Part shown: positions 1 to 11,338 of the stretch, piece after piece
Position numbering within the stretch: the stretch's first letter is position 1
Layout of the letters: the number at the start of each line of letters is the position of its first letter
From: Thraustochytrium aureum
Lineage: Eukaryota
DNA length: 46,647 bases
Direction of reading: 5' to 3'
Assembly (NCBI GenBank): GCA_012862495.1
Contig: BLSG01000222.1
Coordinates: 13,102 to 59,748 of the forward strand
The notes under the pieces: generated by a model
Told to the model about the DNA's origin: nothing
Databases searched by the model: none
Seen by the model: only the letters and a program-made list of their open reading frames with translations
Translations under genes and position numbers: made by a program

Positions 1-512
1 GAACAAAACGAAAGCACGAGCAAACCGGACAAACGCGGTTCTTGCAGTTCTTCCTGCTTGGTGTGTACCGGCCTTCGACGACAATCGGATTGCTGCCCAA
101 GGGAGGACCAAGGCTGGAAGCAAGTCGCTGCAAGGCTGGGCGGAGAGGACTGACCGCACGTTGACGCGGACGGATGTCACATCATCGAGTGGCCGCAGCG
201 ATGCGACGATGCTTGGCCTGCTGAATTCCTGACCCGTGAGCTCGCATGCGCCTGCCGGTGCGCACTTTCGCCCGCACCGGCCACCGAGTGATTGTCCTGG
301 GCATTGCGCGGCCGGCTCTTGCAGGGTTGTTGGGGCACAGACCTGATCCAGCTTGCGCGTGCCATACTTGATCTTGGTCAAAAGGTCGACGGTCATCAGG
401 CTCTCGTCAACGTGTTGCGTGGCAGGGCGAACCAAATCCCCAACCGCCCGGGCTCGAGCGACTCAAGTGCTACCTGGTGTCGTTTCGCAAAAGGACAGCG
501 AAACTCGGCAAA

Positions 513-1617
513 ATGAGCGAAGCGCTGGTGGACCGCGTTCGCGCTTTGGTTCGCGTGCAGGACGCGACTGACAGCTTGAAGGAGGCAATCGAAGATTTTA
601 TCAAGCTCGCGAGCGTACAGAGCGCGGTGTCGCAGCTCGACGACCTCCGCGTTCGCAAGATCGAACCGCTAGCGCGCGAGTACCTGAGCGAGTCAGCTGC
701 CAACCAGCTCGTAGGCGCCATCGCCGATCTCTGCGCAAAGCTGCGGACCGACGAAGCACCAGTCGAAACAAGCGCCCCGACGGTCGCGCGAAAGTCGCTC
801 AGCCAGCGACTGAGCAAGCGGCTCTCGCAGGTGCTCTCGAAATCATCAACGGAAGCGCCGCCTCCGGTTGGCAAGGCCGCCGAAAGCGAGGGCCCCGGCC
901 CAGATATCGCAGACGACGATGATGCCGAGCAAGAGGACGAAGCGGAGAAGGACGACGAGGACGAGGCGGAGGAGGAGGAAGAGGCCGCAGACGCCGCCAA
1001 AGGCGGCGATCGCAAGCTTCAGTGGGCCGCCCGCCTGCAAACGGGCTACGAGGGCAACTTGACAAAGCAGCAGGCCGCTGGCTTGGCCGAGCTGCGCGAG
1101 CTGATGCTCGCCGGAGAGTTCGCGGACGATGTCATGCGGTGGCGCGACGGGCCGGACCGGCTGCTGCTGCGTTTCTTGCGTGCCGAGTGCAGCAAGAAGC
1201 GCAAGTTCAACGTGGCCAAGTCCTTGCGGCGGCTGGAGAAGACGCTGCAGTGGCGGCGCGACAACAACATTGACGACTTGCTGGACAACCCGCCGCCCGA
1301 GTACAAGCTGTACAAGCAGATCGGCGGCGAGACGGAGGTGATCGACCTCGAGGGCCGCGTGGTGGTCTTTGACTTTGCTGCGCTTTTGGCCAACTACATG
1401 GACACCAACGAGCTGACGCCAGAGCAGTGGAAGCGCTGCATCGCGACACTCGTGGAGCACCGCATGGCGATCCTGCGCGAGCAGTCGGAGAAGCGCGGGT
1501 ACGAGGTGTCGGCCATGGTCGCCGTGTACGACCTGAGGGGCGGGCTCGGGCTCGGGGCGCGGCGCATGGTGCCGTTCATCAAGATGGTCAACGCGGTGGC
1601 GTCGGCCCACTACCCCG
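513..1617 (+). CDS. CRAL-TRIO/Sec14-like lipid-binding protein, copy 1 (3' end in gap)
   Basis: ATG at 513; acidic linker; CRAL-TRIO N motif DRLLLRFLRA..KFNVAKS...LEKTLQWRRDNNID and core VAVYDLRG...HYP; runs into the N-gap at 1618. Confidence 0.85.
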
Positions 1618-1964
1618 NNNNNNNNNNNNNNNNNNNNNNNNNNNNNNNNNNNNNNNNNNNNNNNNNNNNNNNNNNNNNNNNNNNNNNNNNNNNNNNNNNN
1701 NNNNNNNNNNNNNNNNNNNNNNNNNNNNNNNNNNNNNNNNNNNNNNNNNNNNNNNNNNNNNNNNNNNNNNNNNNNNNNNNNNNNNNNNNNNNNNNNNNNN
1801 NNNNNNNNNNNNNNNNNNNNNNNNNNNNNNNNNNNNNNNNNNNNNNNNNNNNNNNNNNNNNNNNNNNNNNNNNNNNNNNNNNNNNNNNNNNNNNNNNNNN
1901 NNNNNNNNNNNNNNNNNNNNNNNNNNNNNCGTGGCTCGGCTTGGGGCGGGCAGGCGGCGGCGGG

Positions 1965-3096
1965 ATGCAGAAGAATGCGCAGCTGCTCGTGGAGCGGCTC
2001 AGGGGCCTCGTGGAAGACGCGGAGCTGCCCGGGAAGATGCGCGGCGCGGTGGAAGAGTTGGTGAGAGGACTGCAGGAGTCCGCGAATGCGACGTCGACGG
2101 GGCTGGCAGCGGCGCTGGACAAGTTTCGAGAAGAGAGACTCGAGCCCATGGCGCGGCAATACTTGAGCGACGAGCGCGCCGATCGCCTCCTCGGCGCCCT
2201 GCAGGAAATCACAGCCCACGCCAAGGCAGCTGAGGAGGACCCGCCCGCTCGCAACTCGCTGGCGAGGAGGCTGAGCAAGCGGCTCAGCAGCGCGAGGCCG
2301 AGCGCCCATGCAAGTTCTAAAGAAACCGCAACCTGGGAAGCTTTAGAGTCGGTCGGAGCTGACAGCGAAGAGGCCGCAGAGCCGACCGTGCCAGAAGAGA
2401 TTCCGCTCGCTGTTGTGGTCGAGCCGGCGCCTTTGAGCGGGCGCGAGGCGGAAACGCCTGCGTTGCCCGCTGCGGTACAGCGCGAGCGCCCCAAGCTGCA
2501 GTGGGCTGCGCGTTTGCAGACTGGCTACGAAGGCAACCTAACAGCGGACCAAGCTGCCGACCTGGCCGAGCTCCGCGAGCTGATGCTCGCCGGCGAGTAC
2601 GCGGATGATGTCAAGCGTTGGCGCGACGGGCCTGACCGGCTGCTGCTGCGGTTCTTGCGCGCCGAATGCAACAGCAAGCGCAAATTCAACGTGGCCAAGT
2701 CCTTGCGGCGGCTGGAAAAGACGCTGCAGTGGCGGCGAGACTACAACATCGACGACTTGCTGGACAACCCGCCGCCCGAGTACCAGCTATTCAAGGATAT
2801 CGGCGGCGAGACGGACGTGATCGACTCGGAGGGGCGCGTGGTGTACTTTGAGTTCACGGCGCTCTTGGCCAACCACATGCAGATCAACGCGCTTACGCCA
2901 GAACAGTGGAAGCGGTGCATCGCGATGCTAACGGAGCAACGCATGGCCGTTCTGCGCGAGCAGTCCAAGAAGGCGGGTCACGAGATCTCCGCGCTGGTGG
3001 CCGTGTACGACCTCAGAGGCGGGATCGGGCTCGGGGCGCGGCGGATGCTGCCGTTCATCAAGATGATCAACGCCGTGGCCGCCGCGCACTACCCGG
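1965..3096 (+). CDS. CRAL-TRIO/Sec14-like protein, copy 2 (tandem paralogue, 3' end in gap)
   Basis: ATG at 1965; same architecture and near-identical core (KLQWAARLQTGYEGNLT...AAAHYP) as copy 1. Confidence 0.85.
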
Positions 3097-3773
3097 NNNN
3101 NNNNNNNNNNNNNNNNNNNNNNNNNNNNNNNNNNNNNNNNNNNNNNNNNNNNNNNNNNNNNNNNNNNNNNNNNNNNNNNNNNNNNNNNNNNNNNNNNNNN
3201 NNNNNNNNNNNNNNNNNNNNNNNNNNNNNNNNNNNNNNNNNNNNNNNNNNNNNNNNNNNNNNNNNNNNNNNNNNNNNNNNNNNNNNNNNNNNNNNNNNNN
3301 NNNNNNNNNNNNNNNNNNNNNNNNNNNNNNNNNNNNNNNNNNNNNNNNNNNNNNNNNNNNNNNNNNNNNNNNNNNNNNNNNNNNNNNNNNNNNNNNNNNN
3401 NNNNNNNNNNNNNNNNNNNNNNNNNNNNNNNNNNNNNNNNNNNNNNNNNNNNNNNNNNNNNNNNNNNNNNNNNNNNNNNNNNNNNNNNNNNNNNNNNNNN
3501 NNNNNNNNNNNNNNNNNNNNNNNNNNNNNNNNNNNNNNNNNNNNNNNNNNNNNNNNNNNNNNNNNNNNNNNNNNNNNNNNNNNNNNNNNNNNNNNNNNNN
3601 NNNNNNNNNNNNNNNNNNNNNNCACGCGGCCCAGCGCGGCGTCCCGCGCCCGCCGCCGTTCGCGCTGTAAAAACAAAGATCCGATTTATCTATCATTCGA
3701 GCTCCTCTGGCTTCGCGGGGATCGGTCGGGCCCCCGCCGCTCGCTGCGAGCCTGCCGAGGTGGTGCGCAATAG

Positions 3774-5039
3774 CTAACTGGAGTCGCTGCACGCTCCGAC
3801 GCGGGCGAGGCGGCCCCGCCACGACGCGCTGTGCTGCGCTGCAAGCGCCAGGTTGACGTGCTTTTCCTCCCTTGCAGCGTCGAAGAACGCTGTGATGGCC
3901 CTCGCACTCCAGGGCTTGAGCGTGCCCGCCATGGGCCAGTCCATCGAGTGGCCGCCCTCCCGCGTCATGCAGTTGATGATGAACGGGCTCTGCTCAAAGT
4001 CGTCCATCTTGACCATGCTGACGTCGACGACAGGGTCGTTTGCGGCGTGAACGAACAGAGTCGGGCGGCGCACCCCGTGCAGGTAAAGCCCCGCAGAGCT
4101 ATACCTGTAGTATGCGCTCGCGGTGGGAAACTCAAACATGGGCGCGATCACGCTCCCATCAAACTGGTGCATCGTTGCGGCGGCCTTGATGCGGGCGAGG
4201 TCGAAACGCGAGTCTGTCACCAAAAGGTGCTCGAGGCTGGCCCGCACCGTCTGCACGCTGCTGACGAGAACCGGGTTCATCACCCTGCTCCCGACCCAGG
4301 TAGACTCCAAGGCGTGGGAGATGCTTAGGCAGTCTACCGGGCAGGCGAGGCAGGCGGCCGCCGTGAGCTTGCAGTCGTCGCCGTCCTCGCCCACCATCTT
4401 TGCGAGATAATTGCTGCCCAAGGAGAATCCAGCAGCCACAATGTCGACGCTCGGGTGCGCCTCGGCGACGCGTGCAACTACGCGCCGTAGGTCGGCCGTG
4501 TAGCCGACACTATACAGGAAGGGAGACTCGACCTCGTTCCCGCCGCGACCTCGGGGGCTGTAGCAGGCAACGCGGTAGCCCTGGTTGTGGAGGTGCAGCG
4601 CTACGCGCCGCACGTAGCCAGACTCGCTGCTCCCTGTGAGCCCTGGTACGATAATGGCTATCGGCGCAGTCGCGTCGTCGACGTCGAGCCAGTCAAGCGA
4701 GACCACGCCCTCTGGAACAACGCGGGGGCAGCACGCAAGATCGTGCACATTTTCAAACCGCTCTAGCCGAATCGCCTCGCGCCGGAAGCGGAGGTCTGGC
4801 ACGGGGAGCAGCTCTGTCGAAACGGTTTGCAAGAGTCCGGTGGGAAGCCACGCAGGGCCTCTGTACGTCTCCAGTTCGTGCCTCGCCCGCTCCAGAATAG
4901 CGCGTGTCAGCGCACTTCCGCTGTTGTGCGTGATTTGGTTTCGCTTCTTCTTCCACACCCAAACCATCCGCAAGCATGCGACGAGTACCACGGCTGCACC
5001 AACTCGTCTGGACCAGCTCGCGGCGTTACGGTGTGACAT
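3774..5039 (-). CDS. Alpha/beta-hydrolase, ABHD1-3/YheT/EHT1-like esterase with N-terminal membrane anchor
   Basis: G.LQT motif, IVPGLTGSS.SGYVR, nucleophile elbow GFSLG, AANDPVV (Asp), GGH (His); hydrophobic N-terminal segment after ATG 5039. Confidence 0.9.
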   Translation of the reverse strand: MSHRNAASWSRRVGAAVVLVACLRMVWVWKKKRNQITHNSGSALTRAILERARHELETYRGPAWLPTGLLQTVSTELLPVPDLRFRREAIRLERFENVHDLACCPRVVPEGVVSLDWLDVDDATAPIAIIVPGLTGSSESGYVRRVALHLHNQGYRVACYSPRGRGGNEVESPFLYSVGYTADLRRVVARVAEAHPSVDIVAAGFSLGSNYLAKMVGEDGDDCKLTAAACLACPVDCLSISHALESTWVGSRVMNPVLVSSVQTVRASLEHLLVTDSRFDLARIKAAATMHQFDGSVIAPMFEFPTASAYYRYSSAGLYLHGVRRPTLFVHAANDPVVDVSMVKMDDFEQSPFIINCMTREGGHSMDWPMAGTLKPWSARAITAFFDAAREEKHVNLALAAQHSASWRGRLARVGACSDSS

Positions 5040-5082
5040 TTTTCGTTTTTCCACGACCGTGCTTCGCCGAACCTCGCTCTTG

Positions 5083-5155
5083 CTTGCTTGCCTGCCTGCC
5101 TGCCTGCCTGCCTGCCTTCTCCTGCCTGCCTTCTCCTGCCTGCTTGCCAGCCTGC
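5083..5155. repeat. (CCTG)n/(CAGG)n imperfect microsatellite in the 5' leader of the hydrolase
   Basis: cttgcttgcctgcctgcctgcctgcctgcctgcc... seen directly. Confidence 0.85.
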
Positions 5156-5696
5156 CGCTGGTTGTCTGGGGGCTTTCGGGTCTGCCGCGTCGCACTCCGC
5201 TCTCGTGCTGCGTGGAATCGGTCTTCGCGTGCATTTCGCGCAAAACAAACACCGCAAAAAACACAACGATCGAACGAACAAAGGAACACACATCAGAACA
5301 ACGAGCAACGAGCGAACCAACGAACTAACGAACTAAAAAGAACAAAAAGAGCAAAAGGGAACAAAGGAGCAACGAATGAAAGAACAAACGAACAAGCGAA
5401 AACGGCACACGCAGCCGCACAATTNNNNNNNNNNNNNNNNNNNNNNNNNNNNNNNNNNNNNNNNNNNNNNNNNNNNNNNNNNNNNNNNNNNNNNNNNNNN
5501 NNNNNNNNNNNNNNNNNNNNNNNNNNNNNNNNNNNNNNNNNNNNNNNNNNNNNNNNNNNNNNNNNNNNNNNNNNNNNNNNNNNNNNNNNNNNNNNNNNNN
5601 NNNNNNNNNNNNNNNNGGTTTGTGCGCGCAGCCAGCCCCAGCGGAGGACAAGACGGAAGCAGGAGCTGCCTGACTGGCCGGGGACGAGCGCGCAGG

Positions 5697-6041
5697 ATGT
5701 TGGCCAGGGTGGTGCGTGGCGCGGCAGCGCGCAGGGTCGCGGCGAGGCCCTCGGGATGGTTTGCGACGACGGGCATCGACGCGGTTGGTGCTCGGGAGGC
5801 GGTGCGGCCGCTCGTGTGGCAGCAGAAGGCAGCGATCGGGACCGCCGCTGCCGCGGAAAAGCGGGTTGAGCAGACTCAAGAGCAGGAGGCTCTTGCTGGG
5901 CTGCAGGCGCTTGTGGCTGCCGTGGGCGAGTTTCAGATGATGAACCGCAACGCGCGCAAGCCGAAGAAGGCCAACCATGGCAGCAGGCCGTGCTCGCATG
6001 TTGCCAGGCGGGCGAAGCGTATCAAGAAGGGCCTCAAGTGA
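5697..6041 (+). CDS. Small basic protein with mitochondrial presequence-like N-terminus
   Basis: MLARVVRGAAARRVAAR start (Arg/Ala-rich, no acidic residues); compact basic C-terminus NRNARKPKKANHGSRPCSHVARRAKR; clean ATG-to-TGA ORF. Confidence 0.7.
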   Translation: MLARVVRGAAARRVAARPSGWFATTGIDAVGAREAVRPLVWQQKAAIGTAAAAEKRVEQTQEQEALAGLQALVAAVGEFQMMNRNARKPKKANHGSRPCSHVARRAKRIKKGLK

Positions 6042-6552
6042 CCAACTCGTTTTTAGCACTGATTCGCCTCTCATCCCATTTGGTTTTGATCAAGAACAGA
6101 ACAATTGACTTTGATTGGAAGCTCAAGCTTGCTTTCTGCGCGTCGCGCAGATTCGGACCGTCCAACGTCCAGCTCAGGACAACGAACTTGTTTAATACCC
6201 ATACCCACGGCATGCATACGAGCATGTGAGTTTGCAAGCGAGGGGCGCTCCGTGCGGGTGAGCCTGCAATTCTGGTCCAAAACACAGTTGGCGGAAGCCG
6301 ATGCTGCTGCATTCTTTTCTATAATTAGGCTAGCGCGGAAAAGCAGGAAACGAAAACAAGCAGTAGAGTAACATTGTTTGTCTGGTCAAAAGCTTGTGTG
6401 AAATGTACCTATGGTTCCAATTGAACGGAAGGAGGTCCGCAGCTCGAGCGAGTGTGGTACCAAAGTTTGGGTGTCGTGCCCCGCAGCAGGTTCAGTCGAG
6501 AGCAAACCGAACGAACCGCCGCAGGGACTGGACGTTTCGAGCCTCTAGCGAC

Positions 6553-7698
6553 CTATGGCAGGTCGAGTGGCATCCTTGTGAATTCCTCGCTGAAGAAGCT
6601 GAGGTCGAGGCAGCCTCGCAGCTCAGGAACGAACGGGGGCTTGGTTTTGCACGAGTTCACATCTGACCAGCACACCTCGTCGAAAAACGGGTGGCCGAGT
6701 ACCTCGTGCGAACCGCCGTACCCGAGCCGATCAATGGGCCGTTTCTGAAGGAGCCTACTCAGGAGGTCTGCCGCCCCGGTCGCGCCAGAAGCAGTTCCGC
6801 CGAGAAGCTCATCCACACCCGACGCGTCAACGGGAGAGCAGCAGATCCGGACGCAAACCAGCTGCTTGTCATCGAGACAGTCGGGGCTTGAGCAGAACAC
6901 GTAGGGAAGCTCGCGCAAGCGAATGGGCTTGTGTGACGGCTCACCCGAGTTGGGCACGGAGAAGGGGCAGCCGCCAAGCATGAGCTCCGCGGCCAGGACG
7001 CCAAATGCCCACCAGTCCGCCTCGAGCCCGACGCTTTGGCGGCGCAGCACCTCTGGGCAAGCGTACTCGAGGCTCCCCGAAGAGCACTTTGTTGCGTAGC
7101 GGCCCGTCTCGACGTCGTGCTGGAGCACTGTCGAGATGCCAAAGTCAACAAGCCGGATGTGCCCGTCCGCGGCTAGGACGATATTTTCCGGCTTCATGTC
7201 CGCGTACAGGATGCGGCGCTCGTGGAGAAAGGCGAGCGCGGAAGCCACTTCGCACAGATAGAATCTGGCCGCCCGCACGTCCAAGGGATCTGAACCGCAG
7301 AGCTGCGAGAGCAGTTCGCCCCCAGCGCAAAACTCGGTCAGGATGCTCGTGTGGCTCGGTGTCGAGATGACGGCCAGGAGCCGCACCACAAAGCGGCAGC
7401 CCTGGGCGCGCTTTAAGAGCTCGGCCTCGCGGCTGACCGCGCTCTGCTCGACGCCGGGCTCCCGCGCATCTTGGCCGGCTTGCTGCTCGCTGTGCCGGCT
7501 CTGTTCGTTTTCCTTCACTTCCCGATCGATTCGCGTTTGGTTGCGCTGGCGGATGCGGCAAACCTTGACGGCCACGACGCGGTTGCTGCTTGATTTGTGC
7601 TTGACGGTGGCTGCGTAGACCTTGCCAAAGGCTCCCACACCTATCACTGCCTCCAGCTGCACCTCGACGTCGCTGCGTTTGCCGTCGTCCCGGGACAT
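6553..7698 (-). CDS. AGC-group Ser/Thr protein kinase (non-RD)
   Basis: IGVGAFGKV, VAVK, YADMKPEN, DFG, EYACPE, DWWAFG, HPFF, C-tail KPPFVP...FFSEEFT. Confidence 0.92.
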   Translation of the reverse strand: MSRDDGKRSDVEVQLEAVIGVGAFGKVYAATVKHKSSSNRVVAVKVCRIRQRNQTRIDREVKENEQSRHSEQQAGQDAREPGVEQSAVSREAELLKRAQGCRFVVRLLAVISTPSHTSILTEFCAGGELLSQLCGSDPLDVRAARFYLCEVASALAFLHERRILYADMKPENIVLAADGHIRLVDFGISTVLQHDVETGRYATKCSSGSLEYACPEVLRRQSVGLEADWWAFGVLAAELMLGGCPFSVPNSGEPSHKPIRLRELPYVFCSSPDCLDDKQLVCVRICCSPVDASGVDELLGGTASGATGAADLLSRLLQKRPIDRLGYGGSHEVLGHPFFDEVCWSDVNSCKTKPPFVPELRGCLDLSFFSEEFTRMPLDLP

Positions 7699-10219
7699 TC
7701 TAGCCCGTCGTTCGTTGCGATGGCTGCCGCCTCCCTCTCCCTCTCCCCGTCTCCCTCTCCCCGTGGTCGGGCCCACGCGTGCGCGCTCCTCACCGGCAAG
7801 CGACTCGTTGGTCCAGGGGAGCGGCCAGAGCCAGCACCTGATCTGGGTCTGTCATCCATTCGACCTCTTCAGCAGCGCACGTAAGTAGAACAAAAGATTT
7901 CTGCTGATTTCTGGAGAGAGCAGACGTCTTTGCCGTCTTCTTGCCTCCTGCTTGGTTGTCCTTCGGTTCCTACCTGCGCTTGCAAACAGTTGGAGTTGGA
8001 CGCTCAGGCGCGTTCGTTCGCCCTGGGCTGCTCCCTCCCGCTGCTCCTCTACTTGGAAACTGAGTATTGATAACTCGCTTGAGTGCATTTGCCTCGCACC
8101 CCTGCAGTGTCTGCACGAAGGGTGCGGGTCGCCAGAGCAGCGTTCAGTAGGCCATGGACAGCACAGTAAATCTGTCTCACGGCCACGGTCATCAACGTCC
8201 GAAGCGGCCGCAGGCGAGAGCGAAGTGGGTGGCAACTGGCCCACGCCCCGCCCGGACAGGCGAGCAGCACGAGTGGAGCTGCCTCGTGGCTGGCCTCGCA
8301 AACTAGAATGCACAGAGGGAGAACGAGTTATAATTCTTGTAGGGGACTCAGGAGGGCTCGATATCGTGTGTCGGTGTCTGGGACGCCGGCATTTATGAAG
8401 CTCAAAACAGAGCTTCGCCCACGTGACGAGAGCTCCAGCTGGAGGCGCCTTGAAACAAATCAGGTCCAGCGAATCGAAAGCGCCAACTCGAACCCCGATC
8501 TCCGCCAACGCGCCTTCTGCGGGGTCGGCTGTAGAGGGATCAAATTTGGGACGCCAGGCCTGTTGCGGCTTTTTCTTTCGTTGAGAGGCTTTCACTGCTC
8601 TTGACGCGGAAGCGCGCAGCAGCCGGGTCGGCTGCACCTGCAACCAAGGGAACCACCCGGCGCACCTGCACCTGCACACGAGCAAGTTGAGTAGGCCGTC
8701 TGAAAGTTCTGTTCTGCTTTCCGTTTGAGGTGGGCCAAGCGTCATACCTACTCGTCGAGTAGACCTACGTGGCTATAACCCTATACCTACCCTCCCTACA
8801 CGGTTGTCCTGAGGCTGGCCGAAGAGGAGCCCGGCCGCTCGAGTTTGTGGAAGACATCTGCAGAAGGAAAGCTCACGCGCGGCTCAGCAAGCACCTCCAC
8901 CACTGTGCGTACCCAGGTACAATGTCTTTGTCCGTGCTTGGCCTGGTCTGTCCCTCACAGAGGGCTGCGCGATCGTGCGCCGGGCTGCTCGATCATGGGC
9001 TCGATTCGGATGGGCAAGGCCGCCCCGCCACCGTCGGCTGCTCGTGAGCGCTCCTTGTCGCACGGCATTTGCCCGCGGTGAGTCGACGCAGGACGTTTGC
9101 GAACGGTCGCGTCCCGGTTGACGCAAGACTCTGTGAAGGATCTCGTGCATCAAGAGCCAGCAAGGAAACCCATTTTCTTTTGTGAATCTCCCCACTGTGA
9201 TTATTACCACCTCAAGCCGGTTTTGTTGATTTGGTGTCAACAACACGATGGGCCACGACCAGACTTGGAGAGCCTCATCATGATGGTAGGAACTGATGGT
9301 TGTTTCTCCGCCCGGACGCTGTGGCGCCTCCACTGTTGGTGGTTCGTTCGTGAGATTCGCCGAAGCGGAGGCTCCGCTTGCTGCTCCGACTCCTGCCGAT
9401 GATCTTTTCTGAATTCTGCTTTCGTTGTTGGACGGAGCAGAGCTTCACAGAGCTTGGATGGACGTGGACTCGGCAGGAGCTCGACTTGTGGTGCGCCCGA
9501 CGGCCGATGGTCTGCTTTTGTTGGTGTTGGACGGAGAGAGAGAGCTTGCAGGAACTCTTCACTTGTGGTGCGCGCGGCACGGCCCATGAGTCGTGAAACA
9601 TCTCTGCACACGAGGAGGCTTGCTGCACACGTCAATTTCAATTTTCGTGCCTGGTGTTGGGACGACACATGCCAATGAGTTTGTTTGTTGCAAGGCGCTT
9701 CGGAGGCGTCGCTGAGGCGGGTCACGGGTCCTTGCCGTAAAATGGCGCTGTGGCGTTTCCAGATGAAGGTTTCCTTCTTGATTGAGCACTTCGGCTTACG
9801 GTACGCCGCCGATGCGTTCTCCACGCGGCGCGGCATGATGATCAGGATGCGTACGAGCGCGCTGCGGGCGCGTTTCGAGTGGGTTCTTAGGTAGTACAAA
9901 CTTGTTGGGCTCGGTCGCTGGCCCTGCGACCTCCGAATGGCCCGCTCGGCTTGGATTGTGGCGAGCGTCGCCGGCGCTGGGACCTGGGCCCTTCAACTTC
10001 ACCTTCAGGGCTTCAATGGTCCTTCGACTCCTACTGCAGGGTTCACACTGACCTATAAATAGGGAGGCAGCGTCGTCGCTCCCACGGCTGCAGACGAAAC
10101 GAAGGCACAACCAACTACGCGCTGCGAGTCGCCCTCCCTGCGGGCGGAGCAAGACCGAGCAAGGCGCTGATCGACAAGCAGGGAAACGATAGACACGAAA
10201 CTGAATGAGCAGCAGCCGC

Positions 10220-10852
10220 CTAAATGTCATCTTCGGCGCCGGTTTCGTCGCCCGAGTCGGCTTCCGTGTCCGAGCCAGAGCTCGACCCCGCGCTTGTGGA
10301 GCCCGCGCTCGTCGCTCCAGCAAGCGTGGCCGCCCCGTCGTCCTCGTCGCCCTCCTCGTCCAGAATCTCGTGCGGCGCCTCGCCTCCGACGAGGGCGGCC
10401 TCTTCTGCGACAGGGCCAACGCCGTCCTCGTCGCAAATGTCTTCCAAGTGAGCCAGCATCGCGAGCAGCTTGCTGGGACGGCCCCGCTCCAGCTCGCTAG
10501 AGGTGACAATATCGGGCAGGGCAAGACGCCGGCACGCATCCTGGAACTGGACCATATTGTCGCGCCGTGTGAACCGCCACAAGTGCTTGGGCAGCAATTT
10601 CAGCGCCGGGACGCGTCGGGCGCCAGAGCCCTCGATGCGCGACACGAGCGCGAGGAGCACGACGCCGTCCGCGAGCTCCTTGCAGAACGCGTCCGGGGAG
10701 ACGCTTATTCCGGTCATGCGCGTCAGCCACGACGAGTAGTACTCTATCAACGCCGTGTTTTCCATCTCCAGCAACGTGCGCCTGTCCGCGGTGAAGCGCC
10801 CCAGCGGGTGCGTGGCCAGCTTCATTCGAAAGCTCTTGATCGTCCGAAGCAT
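10220..10852 (-). CDS. Calponin-homology (CH) domain protein with acidic tail
   Basis: W...FCKELADGVVLLALVSRI...RRDNMVQFQDACRRLAL...ELERG...LLAMLAHL fits the CH pattern; start codon uncertain. Confidence 0.8.
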   Translation of the reverse strand: MLRTIKSFRMKLATHPLGRFTADRRTLLEMENTALIEYYSSWLTRMTGISVSPDAFCKELADGVVLLALVSRIEGSGARRVPALKLLPKHLWRFTRRDNMVQFQDACRRLALPDIVTSSELERGRPSKLLAMLAHLEDICDEDGVGPVAEEAALVGGEAPHEILDEEGDEDDGAATLAGATSAGSTSAGSSSGSDTEADSGDETGAEDDI

Positions 10853-11338
10853 CGCGCCAGTGCGAGGCGGCCAAGCCGCACAAGCCTCGCAACCCCAAAC
10901 CAACCAACGAGCCAACGAGCCAGCCAGCCAGNNNNNNNNNNNNNNNNNNNNNNNNNNNNNNNNNNNNNNNNNNNNNNNNNNNNNNNNNNNNNNNNNNNNN
11001 NNNNNNNNNNNNNNNNNNNNNNNNNNNNNNNNNNNNNNNNNNNNNNNNNNNNNNNNNNNNNNNNNNNNNNNNNNNNNNNNNNNNNNNNNNNNNNNNNNNN
11101 NNNNNNNNNNNNNNNNNNNNNNNNNNNNNNNNNNNNNNNNNNNNNNNNNNNNNNNNNNNNNNNNNNNNNNNNNNNNNNNNNNNNNNNNNNNNNNNNNNNN
11201 NNNNNNNNNNNNNNNNNNNNNNNNNNNNNNNNNNNNNNNNNNNNNNNNNNNNNNNNNNNNNNNNNNNNNNNNNNNNNNNNNNNNNNNNNNNNNNNNNNNN
11301 NNNNNNNNNNNNNNNNNNNNNNNNNNNNNNNNNNNNNA

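Noticed and set aside
160..250. DGCHIIEWPQR resembling the TsaE IEW motif
   Set aside because: In-frame stop just upstream and no P-loop; too short to support.
477..3773. Single 1098-aa ORF in the track
   Set aside because: Read through two N-runs of unreliable length; two paralogues are the simpler reading.
6887..6944. GTGAGC...AAG candidate intron in the kinase
   Set aside because: 58 nt would break the frame, there is no CTGAC branch site, and the ORF is open without splicing.
10054..10061. TATAAATA box
   Set aside because: No supported plus-strand gene follows; it lies in the 3' flank of the CH gene.
10205..10931. N-terminal part of the 1526-aa plus-strand ORF as part of UBE4
   Set aside because: It is the antisense of the CH-domain gene; UBE4 similarity begins after the gap.
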